From positions 17,608,001 through 17,672,000 of the forward strand of contig OZ024745.1 in assembly GCA_964016885.1 (NCBI GenBank): DNA of 64,000 nucleotides. The letters run 5' to 3'. A program made the translations under genes and the position numbers. This DNA is from Eledone cirrhosa (taxonomy: Eukaryota). Shown here in pieces: positions 1-12,772 of this stretch. The stretch's first letter is position 1. Each line of letters begins with the position of its first letter. The notes below the pieces were generated by a model. That model ran no database searches. It saw only the letters and a list, made by a program, of their open reading frames with translations, and was not told the origin of the DNA.

Positions 1-2203
1 CAGCTTATGCTATTTACTACATTTCTAATTTTACAGTTAATATGGGGCTTAATTTACAGGTTATACATTTCTTATCTATACAGGGGGGTCTTTGAAAGGG
101 GTATGTCTTGCTAATAAGTGTTTTTACGGAGGTACCTGGTCTTTCTACTATCTTAATATTGAGTTTATGTTTGTCTAGGGCCCTTCTAAATTTGTAAGCT
201 AATTCACCTCTAGGGGTTGTATCGATGAACATTACACTCTGGTATTTATTGCTATCATACCATGAGTTTATTCTATTAGCCTTATTCCTAGTTCTTTCTA
301 TTCTATTCCAAAATTTGAACCTATACAAGGGGCAGGTCCCATTTGTGTCATTATTTACCATTTTTTCCCATTTGGTTCTGGCTCCTCTATACACTGTGAT
401 TTTATCTCTCTGATTGTAACCAGAGAACTGCATACGGTGGATGAAGTGTTGTATGTGTCTCTCTAGTTCTTCGGGGTTGCACATGCGGGACACGTTTCTC
501 ATCACCCGTACCAAATCCGCAATCAGTATGTTGATTTTGGTATGGTCCGAAACAGCTGAGTTTCGGTGGATCAGATATTTGGAAGTCATGGGTTTGGCAT
601 AATGGGAATGAAGGATTTGTTTTTTGTTATTAATGGTATCTAACCAGAGCACTGTGTCTAATACAGGTAATCGATGGTTGGGGTGTTTACTTGGGTAGTC
701 TATAGTAACTCTAATACTCTGGTGGATGGAGTTAGTAATTTGCTGGATGCTTTCCATTGTGTTTTTCTTTAATTCCTGACTGTTCTCTAGTAGGGGTGTT
801 TTAACTACGATGTTTATATCATCAACGTAGCGGGAGTACATAATCAGGGTTAAGGGGTCTTCTAATTGTTCTTTAAGTTTAAGTTTAAGTCTACTGTCCC
901 ACCATACCATGAATAAGTTAGCTATGTCGCCTGCAATGCTAACACCAAATGGCTGCTCCTTCCTCTTGGGCATATGTTTTTCCATTAAATTTGAACATAT
1001 GTTCCTTAAGGGTTAATTTTATGCTGGCCTCCACCGCATGTGCAATCATTTTCTTCAGTTCATCGTGGTTTTCAGGTGTCCGTATGGCTCTCGTCCACCC
1101 GTTCCATCTATCTGTGTGGGTTTTCTTGGCCATTGAGGTAATGGTAGGTGGTCTGCCTCTTGCTGGTCTTGTAGGGTACAAGTTGCTAAGGTCATATGTG
1201 TCTAGCTAATTATTACTATAGGTAAGTTTAAGTAGGAGTCCCAGCTCACCGGTGTCAATCCCACAGAACTCAACATTGCTCTCACTGATCATTTCTACGC
1301 ATTTCTCCACAGTAAAATCCACATCAATAGATGGATACAGGGACACAACATCCATACTACCTATTATGCAGTTTGTTAGGTCCCTAGATCGGTTACTCTC
1401 GCCGATTCTGCTGAGGAGGTCCTCCGTGCTGTCACATACATCTGTGAACATTTCATTGATGGGGCGTATGATCAGGGAACGGAATTAGGACAGTCTGTAG
1501 TTACTAGCAATGTTAGCTCCACAGACTGGCCGTGTTGGTGGTCCCGTGACAGGGTCACCGCCCGTTTTATGGTCTTTTCGAAGCCCATACAACGCCGGCA
1601 CGTCCTTGTTCCAGGCCTGGAAGTTGTTGGCAGTCCTTTTGTTGGGCTGCATTATATTCGTCCACATCACCATATGGGCATTGAGGGCTTTTTCTCTATC
1701 CTCATGCTCCTGTGGTGTTACTTCTCCTGTGTTGGTGATGTGGGGTTGCCTGGATGTAGTTTGGCAGGCTGGCAACCGACATTCTGCCAGACTTGTCTGT
1801 TGGAAAGCATGCTATCTCTCCATTACGCGAGCTCTGCATGAGCTTACGCAAGCCATTTGCAGACTTTTCTCTCAATTGCGGGGTCTCCATTCTATTATGC
1901 TTCTTGCTATACTCTTCTATAATATTTCTAAGTTCGGATCTAGCTATACTAAATTGTGCTTCTGTTTGTTCATCGACCTCCGACGGCAATTGCGTGCGTT
2001 TGTTAAATGGTAAAGTCGTGGCGTGGACTCGTCACAGGTCGAACGACTTATCGGAGGGATTATAAAAAGTAGAGTTCCAGGCTGCTGCTTTATGTGTACT
2101 TGTGCTATTGTTATTGTTAGTTGTGTTGTTTCTATTTCTATTTCCACCAACAGCCTCATGGTTGTTTCTATGTCTCTCATTATTACTCCTGTCTCTTTCA
2201 AAG
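1..2203 (-). mobile_element. Penelope-like element family A (possibly Nematis-like): RT region broken by frameshifts and stops; 3' part runs off the window start
   Basis: Minus-strand ORF pieces give PLE RT motifs in order: PTDKSG, LYGLRKDHK..RPVC, GSMDVVSLYPSI, Q..GAAI/GVSIAGDIANLFM.WWD, SRYVDD, PVLD, HYAKP, then a CX4CX2C linker (CIDKKCITC). Clade name is from memory of PLE motifs, not from a tree. Confidence 0.9.
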
Positions 2204-2991
2204 TACCCTTTTCAAAGACCCCCCTGTATAGATAAGAACGGTATAACCTCTAAATTAATCCCCATATTAACTGTAAAACTAGAAATGTAGTATATAGCAT
2301 AAGATGTACTGAAGGACAATGTAGAGACAAAAATATAGTGTACATAGGTGAGACAGCTCGTAGTGTAGGGGAACGGACAAATGAACACTGGCGAGACCTT
2401 CAAGATAGTAAAGAATCATCTGTACTCTACCAACATGCTAAAATAGAACATAAGGGTAAATTAGAGAACATAGAAATAAAAATAGAATCTACACACAGAA
2501 AAGACGCAATGTTTAGAGGCAATAAACATAAAAGAATTACAACCAAAATTAAATAGAAAATATGAGTGGAACAGCAACATCACAACTTACAATTAAGGAC
2601 AAAATTAAAACACACAGGCACATAGAACAAACAACCAACCTGTAACATGTAAATAAACAAATAAATAAACGAATATAAACACACACAGACACCCGGTTGT
2701 GGCGCATGCGCAGACTGAGTACACACCACACACACAGAATCAAAATGGCGTAGGACAGAACAAAGGAGAGGCACAAAAACAAAGAAAAGAATCCCCAGTC
2801 ACTGAAGAGGTCACAGAATGTGTGACGAAAGAATTTTGACAATATATAAACAACCATCTGATTATGGAAACAACCAACCAACCAACCGGAAATTTATAAA
2901 TTCCTAAATTTATAAATTTATTATAATGAATTGAAGTGAAGCAACTGGTGCGTGTGTTTCTTATTGGCAACATGACCCTCCCAAAGTATAA

Positions 2992-2995
<4 letters not shown>
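2204..2995 (+). mobile_element. Inverted 3' copy of PLE family A: GIY-YIG endonuclease end plus pseudo-LTR, ending in (TA)n
   Basis: Its start is the reverse complement of about 1-105. Encodes NVVYSIRC...YIGETARSVGERTNEH...QHAKIEH. Same tail as 10610-11475 and 25741-26597. Confidence 0.9.
2798..2840 (+). ncRNA. Minimal type I hammerhead motif (family A pLTR)
   Basis: GTCA-CTGAAGA-G-GTCACA(gaatg)TGTGAC-GAAA-G(aa)T-TT-TGAC: helix I 4 bp, helix II 6 bp, helix III 2 bp. Confidence 0.7.
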
Positions 2996-3074
<79 letters not shown>

Positions 3075-3173
3075 TATTGAAATTTCAGTTGGAAACAGAA
3101 AAGGTCATAGAAATGAAGAGTGCTCTATGTAAATATCAGAGCAAAATTTAATGTATAAAATCAATACAATATA

Positions 3174-3251
3174 ATTACCTCATTACCAGAGGTTTCCCGA
3201 ATGAGGCGAATACGAAATAAACGACTTCATTCGTTCGTCAGACGAGGCAAT
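3174..3251 (-). ncRNA. Type I hammerhead motif in the B1 pLTR
   Basis: Exact reverse complement of 6997-7074. Confidence 0.85.
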
Positions 3252-4045
3252 ATAAAACATGGGCAAATACTTAGAAAAACACATCAAGAAAATCAAAAAA
3301 ATATATAGATAAATGAAATAGAAATTGAAATATATAAAAATCTATCAAGAAAAATAGTTAGGTGTGTGTATGTGTATGTATATACGCTCATAGATATGCA
3401 TATATGTATATGTGCACGTGTAAATGTATGGTTAGAAAGTGTGCGTAATTATAAAAGTTTAGGGCAAATGTATCTATATGTCTGTATTATACAGACGGAA
3501 ATGGTTACTTCGTAAAAATAAGAAAATAAAGTCGCGCGCATAAAAACGCCTGGACACTCATACACTAAGATGCAGAGAGAAAGGAGATAAAGAGAGTATA
3601 ATAAATAAAAGAAAAGTATCTATTACGATATATTTATAAAAATATAGTAACGATAAATTAGAAAGACAAGATAGAAAGAAAGAATTAAAGAAAACAAAAA
3701 AAGCGGGGGTACATACATACACAGACACGCGTGTCTCACAAAAGAAATGTAAAAATAATTATGCTTATATACACACGCTCACTTACACTTCCATACGTTC
3801 GATACGTACATACACACACACACATACACATACTTATACTCGCGCAATTAAACCTGTTTGCATGCCCATGTATGAAACTGGGTAAGTAACAAAAGAGGGA
3901 AGGGGGGGGGGGAAGAAAAAAGAAACAAAAAAATATAAAACCGAAATGTCAAAAACACGGATTTAAAGACACTTACACATACGCATAATATACACACACA
4001 CACACACACACAAACACCAGTACACACACGCATACATACACGTAC

Positions 4046-4082
<37 letters not shown>

Positions 4083-4587
4083 CATGCACGCACGCGCGCG
4101 CACATACCTAGTCACTCATGTACATATGTAAAAAAAGTATACACACATTAAGGCGTTCAGCCATATTGAAATGTGGATAAATAAATACAAATATAAAATT
4201 GTAGGATAGGCTGCGCAAAAATAAAATAAAAATAAAAATGGAAAATATATCTGGATTGAAAAACACAAAAGACAAGTATAATCAGTTAGTAGAGGAACAA
4301 GGGAAGTAAAAGAAGGGGAAGTAAAAAATAGAAAATAGGAAGTGGATCGGAGAATAAAGGGGGGGGGGGGTGAAGAAAAAAAAAATAAATAAAAAAATAA
4401 ATAAAAGTGAAAATAAATGAAATTATTGACAAGGATAAGAATGAAAGTAAGTCAGAAAGGGTAATTAAAAAGAGAATAATCAGAGTTTATAGAGGATAAG
4501 TGTCTGAAATTGTGTTAAGTTTATATGAGCTGGAAAGCAGGTGTGATTTCATGTGTGGGCAACTGGTAAAAATTTCCGTCTTTGTGT

Positions 4588-6200
4588 TCAGGCAGGTCTT
4601 TGGTGATTTGAGATTTTGCAATATCCAAATTTTTCATTTATGCAGAGCGTGCATTTTCTTGTTCCTCTAGCATATTTTTTAGATTGGTTCAAAATTGACC
4701 AATCTAGTTTATATTGGATGCCTTGGTCTTTCAAATCCCAGATTCTGCTAGCCAGAGCTGTTGTAAATCTTTTTTCTGGATGTCGAAAGGATGCGACATG
4801 TGAGTAATAACGCGTTTTGAATTTGTCTTGTGTCATACCCACATATCGTTCACTGGTGACTGGATGGTTGTTGCTGATAGTTGTCAGATTAGCCGCATAT
4901 ACAATGGCTTTGGTGTTGCATTTACCTTGTAATGGGCATTCACTTTTGATTCTACAGGAGCAAGTTTGATTTTCTCTAGGTGATGTTTTGTTGAGGATAT
5001 AGGACTTAATAGGGGGACCGCAGGAATAGCTAATTTTAACACAGTTTCTGTTAAAGATCTTATAGTATCTATGTGTTCTAGGGAAATGTTTATCTAGGAG
5101 TTCTAGGAATTTTTTGTCTACATTAGTTTTAACTGCTAGAGAGTAGGGGGGTGTGAACCAGATTATTTTTCTTTTCCTATTTTTATGTTTAATAGAGTTA
5201 GTGTAGTTAGGTATGTATTTAATTGGTTCGCTAAAGACGCTATTTTGGAGGGCTTTATTATAGTAGGGGGATGCCTTATTGAAAATAGCTTCTGATGAAG
5301 AGAGGGTGGAGATCCTACGGCTAATATTAGGGATAAGGTTTTTAAAAACTATAGGTGGATGGCAAGATCCTTTATTTATATATTTTAAGTTTTCATTAGG
5401 TTTATGGTATGGTTTATAAGAAGCAGTAGGCAAATGTAAGTTTATATCTAGGAAATCTACGTTGGAAAGATTAGTATCAATAGTAATTTTAAGATTAAAA
5501 CTAGCAAAGGTTTTTATTAAGTCTTTCCTTAATCTATCTAAGTTATGGCCTATGGTGGTATGGGAAAGTATTAGACCATCATCGCGATAAAGCCCAAAAA
5601 TATGGTTAGGAAATTTTTCTTTAAGTGTATGTAACAGGAATAGGCCGACCAGATCGCAAACCTCGGCACTGTCATAAGAGCCCATTGAGACATCGAATGG
5701 GTTCTCTGGGTTAGATATTTTTACCCAAGTGTCATTATCATTAAAAAGTAGAGTGTTCCTAGCATGCAAGATTACATCCTCTTCAATATCGGAGATATTA
5801 GTGAACCTTCTAGCGAAATTTAAAGCTTTCACTAAAAGGGTCTGAGTAATAGATGGGTAGAAATCTACGATATCGAATTGGGTGAATCTAGAACTGATTT
5901 TGTTTTTAATATTATAAAACCAATGTACTACGGAAGAGCTATTTATCCATTGGAGTAATTTAGACTTACTTCTAATGTGTGTATTTAATTTATTTAAAAT
6001 TTTTTTACTGGCAAGACCAATATCAGTCTTAGCAGGGTTGATTAATCTACAACTAGGGTGATTAATAAAGTCGGGTTTATGATCTTTAAGGGTGATATAC
6101 GCAGAACGTTTAGCAAGTTTTTCTGTCCTATTATCTATTTTTAAAGAAAAAGCTAATTCTTTAGCTTCCTTATTTATATTATGGTACGTATTTAATTAGC
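4588..6200 (-). pseudogene. PLE RT and GIY-YIG polyprotein, frameshifted near 5915 and probably near the C-terminus
   Basis: LKDHKPDF..P..RLINPAK, QFDIVDFYPSI, FDVSMGSYDSAEVCDLVGL, GLYRDDGL, FLD, WFTPPYS, CxCX5C linker (CSCRIKSEC), IVY...YVG.T..FKTRY.SH. Confidence 0.9.
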
Positions 6201-6267
6201 TATTTGGTATTTAGAGGTGATATTATCTATTAATAGTTGGTCGTGTAAATTATTATTAACTTCATAT

Positions 6268-7095
6268 AGTGTCTTTATATCCGTGTTTTTGACATTTCGG
6301 TTTTATATTTTTTTGTTTCTTTTTTCTTTTTTCTCATCCCCCCCCCTTCCCTCTTTTGTTACTTACCCAGTTTCATACATGGGCATGCAAACAGGTTTAA
6401 TTGCGCGAGTATAAGTATGTGTACGTGTGTGTGTGTATGTACGTATCGAACGTATGGAAGTGTAAGTGAGCGTGTGTATATAAGCATAATTATTTTTACA
6501 TTTCTTTTGTGAGACACGCGTGTCTGTGTATGTATGTACCCCCGCTTTTTTTGTTTTCTTTAATTCTTTCTTTCTATCTTGTCTTTCTAATTTATCGTTA
6601 CTATATTTTTATAAATATATCGTAATAGATACTTTTCTTTTATTTATTATACTCTCTTTATCTCCTTTCTTTCTGCATCTTAGTGTATGAGTGTCCAGGC
6701 GTTTTTATGCGCGCGACTTTATTTTCTTATTTTTACGAAGTAACCATTTCCGTCTGTATAATACAGACATATAGATACATTTGCCCTAAACTTTTATAAT
6801 TACGCACACTTTCTAACCATACATTTACACGTGCACATATACATATATGCATATCTATGAGCGTATATACATACACATACACACACCTAACTATTTTTCT
6901 TGATAGAATTTTATATATTTCAATTTCTATTTCATTTATCTATATATTTTTTTGATTTTCTTGATGTGTTTTTCTAAGTATTTGCCCATGTTTTATATTG
7001 CCTCGTCTGACGAACGAATGAAGTCGTTTATTTCGTATTCGCCTCATTCGGGAAACCTCTGGTAATGAGGTAATTATATTTTATTGATTTTATAC

Positions 7096-7099
<4 letters not shown>
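6268..7099 (+). repeat. Inverted pseudo-LTR copy of 3149-3973
   Basis: Near-identical reverse complement over about 825 bp; ends in (TA)n. Confidence 0.95.
6997..7074 (+). ncRNA. Type I hammerhead motif
   Basis: ATTGCCTCGT-CTGACGA-A-CGAATGA...TCATTCG-G-GAAA-CC(tct)GG-TA-ATGAGGTAAT: 10-bp helix I with 2 G-U, 7-bp helix II, GUA cleavage triplet. Confidence 0.85.
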
Positions 7100-7145
<46 letters not shown>

Positions 7146-7149
<4 letters not shown>

Positions 7150-7320
7150 TACTTGGGGAGGGTCATATTGTTGTAATAATATTGCCAGAATTAATAACAG
7201 AACACACTCACTGTTTGGTTGTCGCTTCTGTATCTTTTATATCAGTTAATTTAATTTATTCGGTCCCCAATGTTTACCATTGACTGACTAACGGTCAAAA
7301 ATACAGATATAATATAGAAA
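7146..7320 (-). mobile_element. Solo 3' tail of the PLE A2 subfamily between (TA)n and (CA)n tracts
   Basis: Reverse complement resembles 59820-60010 (…aacagtgagtgtgttctgttattaattctggcaatatt…atgaccctccccaagtataac). Confidence 0.8.
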
Positions 7321-7323
7321 CAT

Positions 7324-7424
<101 letters not shown>

Positions 7425-8069
7425 ACATATGTATGTGTGTACATATAAATATACATATATATTTGCATATATAGAGGGAGAAAGGGAGACAAATAAGAGA
7501 TAGAGCTATAGAGAGAGAGGGGAGAGAGCGAGAAAGAAACATCAGACTACCCTTTCCAAACATATATTAATATAAATCTGTTTTCACTGTACCGTTGTGT
7601 TGTCAAAATTCCACACACTTGGGATCAACAACAATGAAGGATTCAAATCAGAATCAACAAGTTCCACAAGTTCCAGCAGAAACAAAACCCGATGACCCCT
7701 GATTCAGCCCAAATCAGATCGACATCATTCAAAATACGATCATTTCCTTTAAGTTACACATAATGTGAAACTCCTTGTATAGACTGTTTTAATATTAGAA
7801 TGGTTGAAGAAAATATCTGAACTAAAGTTGCGAATTAATTAATAGATATATTGCAAATATTTGAGGGAGTGTATAATGTGTCCATATGATAAATGAACCG
7901 ATTTTTTTTTCTGAACATCATATAACTGTGCTACAAATATTACACGGCTTTCTAGATTTGGAGAAATATAATACCGCACATTGCACCATATATAATCTAC
8001 TATGTAAATAATTAATTGTTACTATGTGACTTGTTACTTTTAATGATCAATACGGGCAGTGGATTGATA

Positions 8070-8275
8070 AAATCGATACATCGTCGGACAGCATTCGTTC
8101 TGGCTTATAGGTAGACTCATTTATGTTCTGTGTATCCCCCAACTTGAGCTTATCAACTTTCTCTCTCTTCCTTACGGGAACGATCAAATAAATTGCCAGT
8201 AGCGCACTTTGATGGATTTAATCAACTTTTCCTTCTCCACAAATTGTTGTCATTCTACCTAAGGAATACTTTACT
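8070..8275 (+). mobile_element. Highly decayed SINE copy
   Basis: tcaactttctc..ttccttacgggaacgatcaaataaattgccagtagcgcact resembles the SINE core seen at 48455-48510. Confidence 0.4.
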
Positions 8276-8467
8276 AGATTTATTCAATACCAGAATTGAG
8301 TGTATATCAATGTAATATCAAACTTAAAACTTAAAAAATTGTGTTAGCGAATACTATTATGCATATATGTACCCGTAGGAACATTTTGCGAGAACATTGC
8401 AAAAATATCAAAACTCCCCCCCCCCACCACACACACACACACACATATATATATATTATTATTATTA

Positions 8468-8499
<32 letters not shown>

Positions 8500-9746
8500 A
8501 ACCTAGAAGACGAGCCAACGTCATGGCATGACATATCTTCTTACAAAACTACAAAACGCATCGAAACAATCTCAGTTGCCATTTGTGAAATACATAAATA
8601 GTAAACTCTAGATTGACATTCTGTCAGACAGATGAATTGAGATGTAGAAAGGTATATAGATATTGATTGAAAACGTAACCCGAACTACAGTATATATATA
8701 AAGAAATGTTATATGTTTATGTTTGACGTGACGTTTATCATAGATTACTTGATAATGGGCTAAGCTGCAAAATCTACAAAAGCTGACATTATTCATAATA
8801 ATTCAAATTGACATAATTTGGAATTTAACATCACTAGCTTTAGTCTATATATGCTATATATATTTCGTTTATATATTTTACATAACTCCTCGGGATTTAT
8901 CTTATCTTTGATAGATTATCAGGCAATCTCATCTCATAACACATATGTAATGTTGTCGATATATATAAGCACGATGTTTTCTTGTTATCGTCTCCATTAC
9001 AAATGTCAGTTAAGGATATTAAATTTGACTTACAGTAGTCATGTGAAGAATGGAAGACCTAAGAGAATGTTCCGTAATATAACACTACATTGCTATCGAT
9101 GATAACATACGTGCGACATTCATGAGGGACAAATATTTCTAGTTTTCGTTATAGTTTTCTCAGTCTTCGACAGTAATCCATGCGCTTCAGGGAGCTACGG
9201 CCGTTACTGTCCCTTGTATTGTTCTTTCAAACAATGAATTTAATATATTATTTAACATATATTCTTAAAGGTATGATCTATGGTTTTAGGTATGTTAATG
9301 TGAGTGGGTACACACACATTCCACACCCACATACACCAGCTCGAGGTCAAAGAAAAATATATACATATGTATACATATATATGTATATATTTTTCTGTAG
9401 AATGTGTGTGTACCCACTCACATTAACTGTGACTGACTGTATCCCTACAGATTTGATTGATGTCCAGCGTCTGTTGCAGCGATAGAAATCTGAAAACCTT
9501 TATGACCTCAGCTGAAGTTAATTGCAGTTGCCGTGACTTTGACTGGGTTGTCTTCATATAAGGGAATGAATTCTGTGAGAGAAGATCGTCATTTTTCTCC
9601 CTCATGTCAGGAATTTGAAGACAATTCATTTTCACCTGATAAGATCAGTGATAATCGATCATGGCTTCCCAATCGATCTATCTCTTATTGAAACATGTGT
9701 CGTTATTAAATGATTGGAATTTTCCCTTGCCTTCGCATTTTCATTT

Positions 9747-9810
<64 letters not shown>

Positions 9811-9922
9811 CAAAGGTATATATTGATGTAGGAACTCAAAATATTGTCTTACAATTAAATAGCTGAAGGAAAACATTTTCCAAGCCGTGTAATATAATTA
9901 AATATAAAAGAGAGATGAACAC

Positions 9923-10001
<79 letters not shown>

Positions 10002-10133
10002 CAAATCGTAAGGGACCAGATTCGCTAGGGTGAAAAATAAATACTATCTATGAACAATAGGGTTTGCCAGACTCAATTTAAAAAATAAATCAAGAAAAGC
10101 CATACAAACCGATATTGCGGCAACTGGCAAACG

Positions 10134-10205
10134 CCCAGACAGCTTGGTATTGCTGTCTCGCAATTTTAGTGAGGGGAATTATCAATGCTTTTGCTCATCA
10201 GTGAG
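10134..10205 (-). ncRNA. Type I hammerhead motif with GAGA in place of GAAA
   Basis: Minus strand: CTCA-CTGATGA-GCAA..(27 nt)..TTGC-GAGA-CAGC(aataccaa)GCTG-TC-TGGG; GUC triplet and 5-bp helix III. Confidence 0.75.
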
Positions 10206-10498
10206 TTTAAAATTAGTAAACACTCACGATTTGAACACATATATGTATATATCTCTGTTTATCTCTATTTTATATACAATTATATATATATATATATATA
10301 TATTAGGTATAAGATTATCCTAGATGCAGTAATGGTTAATTACTATATATATATATATATATACGTATATACATTTGCAAAGTATTTATATTTTCGGTAC
10401 GCGTTACACCTGTTATCAAATCTCTCGAAGCAACGATTACAGAAATATATTAAGACAATATGTATGTACTTGTGCAATACATGGATAAGAACGAGGAC

Positions 10499-10530
<32 letters not shown>

Positions 10531-10533
<3 letters not shown>

Positions 10534-11469
10534 TTTCTGAATTTGTTTAGCAAGATTCTTTATCTGAAAACGTGTGTTGGGACGGTCATGTTGCCAGTAA
10601 GAAACACACGCACCAGTTGCTTTCACTGTATATTAAGATAGTAGAAAGACCAGGTACCTCCATAAAAACACTTATTAGCAATACATACCCTTTTCAAAGA
10701 CCTCTCTGCATACATAAGAAATGTATAATCTGTAAACTAAGCCCCCATATTAACTGTAAAACTAGAAATGTAGTATATAGCATAAGATGTACTGAAGGAC
10801 AATGTAGAGATGAGAATATAGTGTAAATAGGTGAGACATTTCGTAGTATAGGAGAACGGATAAATGAACACTGGCGAGAGCTTCAAGATAGAAAATAATC
10901 ATCTGTACTCCACCAACATGCTAAAATAGAACATGAGGGTAAATTAGAGAACATAGAAATAAAAATAAAATCTACACACAGAAAAGACGCAATGTTTAGA
11001 CAAATCACGGATGCAATAATATAAATGAACTCAAACCAAAATTAAATAGAAAACAAATGAAATAGCAACATCACAACTTACAATTAAGGACAAAATGAAA
11101 ACACACACATACATAGAACAAACAACCAACCAGTAACATGTAAATAAACAAATAAATAAACAAATATAAACACACACAGACACCAGGATGTAACACATGC
11201 GCAAACTAAGCACACAACACACACAAAAACAAGATGGCGTACGACAAAACAAAGTAGAGGCACAAAAACAAAGAAAAGAATCCCCAGTTACTGAAGAGGT
11301 CACCGAATGTGTGACGAAAGAACTTTGACAATATATGAACAACCGTTCGGTTGTGGAACCAACCAACCAACCGGAAATTTATAAATTTAGAAATTTAATT
11401 TATAATGAATTGGAGTGAAAACTACTGGTGCGTGTGTTTCTTATTGGCAACATGACCCTCCCAAAGCAT

Positions 11470-11475
<6 letters not shown>
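10531..11475 (+). mobile_element. PLE family A 3' fragment (endonuclease with stops plus pLTR), preceded by a short inverted copy of its own tail (10531-10607)
   Basis: KIVERPGTS..YPFQRPLC..KCIIC..NCKTRNVVYSIRC; tail matches 2550-2995; (TA)n on both sides. Confidence 0.9.
11287..11329 (+). ncRNA. Minimal hammerhead motif (family A)
   Basis: GTTA-CTGAAGA-G-GTCAC..GTGAC-GAAA-G(aa)C-TT-TGAC. Confidence 0.7.
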
Positions 11476-11538
<63 letters not shown>

Positions 11539-11586
11539 TGAATTAAATAAGAAAATTATAAAAATTAACTTATTTACTAAAATTTC

Positions 11587-11669
11587 ACTCCAACTAATTA
11601 GTTTCTGAAAGGGAATAAACATGGTTTCCAAATGGAAAGCATTGAGAAGCCGTTTCGTCATCAGGAAGT
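11587..11669 (-). ncRNA. Hammerhead-like motif, tandem unit 1
   Basis: ACTTC-CTGATGA-C-GAAAcGG...CCcTTTC-A-GAAA-CTAATTAG-TT-GGAGT; helix III is the palindrome ACTAATTAGT, helix II is imperfect. Confidence 0.6.
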
Positions 11670-12117
11670 CTGTTCTCAGCTAAGATACCTGGCGATGCGT
11701 GGACACAGGGAACTTATACAAAAATAATTCAGTGGATGGAAAAAAGCAAGCGTGGACTAAATAAATTCCAAGACATTGAAAAATATCACTGCCTACTTGG
11801 TCGGTGGCAAATTCAAAAGAATCAATCACGTGACATCGAGGTTAATCAGTGAGGAGTGGGGTGTTAAAAAGACAGTAGCCAAGCCGTTACTATGAACTAT
11901 AGTAGCAGCTTTGGCAAATTTTTGCTCAACAAAATAATTTGGAGATAATTATAAAGAATTAGTATATCTACCAACATATATATACAGATGCATACCTATG
12001 CTAGCAAATATATAGGTTTTGTCTTAGTAACTTTGTGGTTCAATGCAAGGGGATGCAGAACAATTATATGAATGACGTAAAATAAGAAAATTATAAAAAT
12101 TAACTTACTAAAATTTC

Positions 12118-12199
12118 ACTCCAACTAATTAGTTTCTGAAAGGAATAAACATGGCTTCCAAATGGAAAACATGGAGAAGCCGTTTCGTCATCAGGAAGA
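12118..12199 (-). ncRNA. Hammerhead-like motif, tandem unit 2
   Basis: Same motif 531 nt from unit 1, with core and palindrome intact. Confidence 0.6.
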
Positions 12200-12427
12200 C
12201 TGTTCTCAGCTAAGATACCTGGCGATGCGTGCACACAGAGAACTTATACAAAAATAATTCAGTGGATGGAAAAAAGCAAAGCGTGGACTAAATTCCAAGA
12301 CATTGAAAAAATCACTGCCTAGTTGGTCGGTGGCATATTCAAAAGAATCAATCACGCGACATTGAGGTTAATCAGTGAGGAGTGGGGTGTTAAAAAGACA
12401 GTAGCCAAGCCGTTACTATGAGAACAG

Positions 12428-12510
12428 ACGTCCTGATGACGAAACGGCTTCTCCATGCTTTCCATTTGGAAACCATTTTTATTCCCTTTCAGAAACTAAT
12501 TAGCTGGAGT
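12428..12510 (+). ncRNA. Hammerhead-like motif, inverted copy, probably inactive (U16.1 to C)
   Basis: CTGATGA...GAAACTAATTAG-CT-GGAGT. Confidence 0.45.
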
Positions 12511-12724
12511 GAAATTTTAGTAAGTTATCTTTTTATAATTTTCTCATTTTACGTCATTCATATAATTGCTCTGCATCACCTTGCATTGAACCACAACGTT
12601 ACTAAGACAAAAACTATATATTTGCTAGCATAGGTATGCATATGTATATATATGTTGGTAGATATACTAATTCTTTATATATATATATATGAGTGTGTGT
12701 ATATATATGCACACCCACACACAG

Positions 12725-12772
<48 letters not shown>

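Larger units (their letters stand above)
3149..6267 (-). mobile_element. Penelope-like element family B1 (Hydra-clade-like), 5'-truncated, with long 3' pseudo-LTR
   Basis: RT and GIY-YIG coding region at about 4588-6200, followed on the minus strand by about 1.4 kb of non-coding tail. The last ~825 bp of the tail is duplicated in inverted orientation at 6268-7099. Confidence 0.9.
11547..12677. repeat. Non-coding HHR-bearing repeat: about 1.6 tandem units (period 531) plus an inverted partial copy (12420-12677)
   Basis: ccaactaattagtttc at 11590 and 12121; 12420-12677 is the reverse complement of about 11951-12208; (TA)n on both flanks. Confidence 0.9.

Noticed and set aside
1-2203. Naiad-type or selenocysteine-recoded PLE
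   Set aside because: The endonuclease is C-terminal, and the breaks are frameshifts and TAA/TAG stops rather than UGA at Cys positions.
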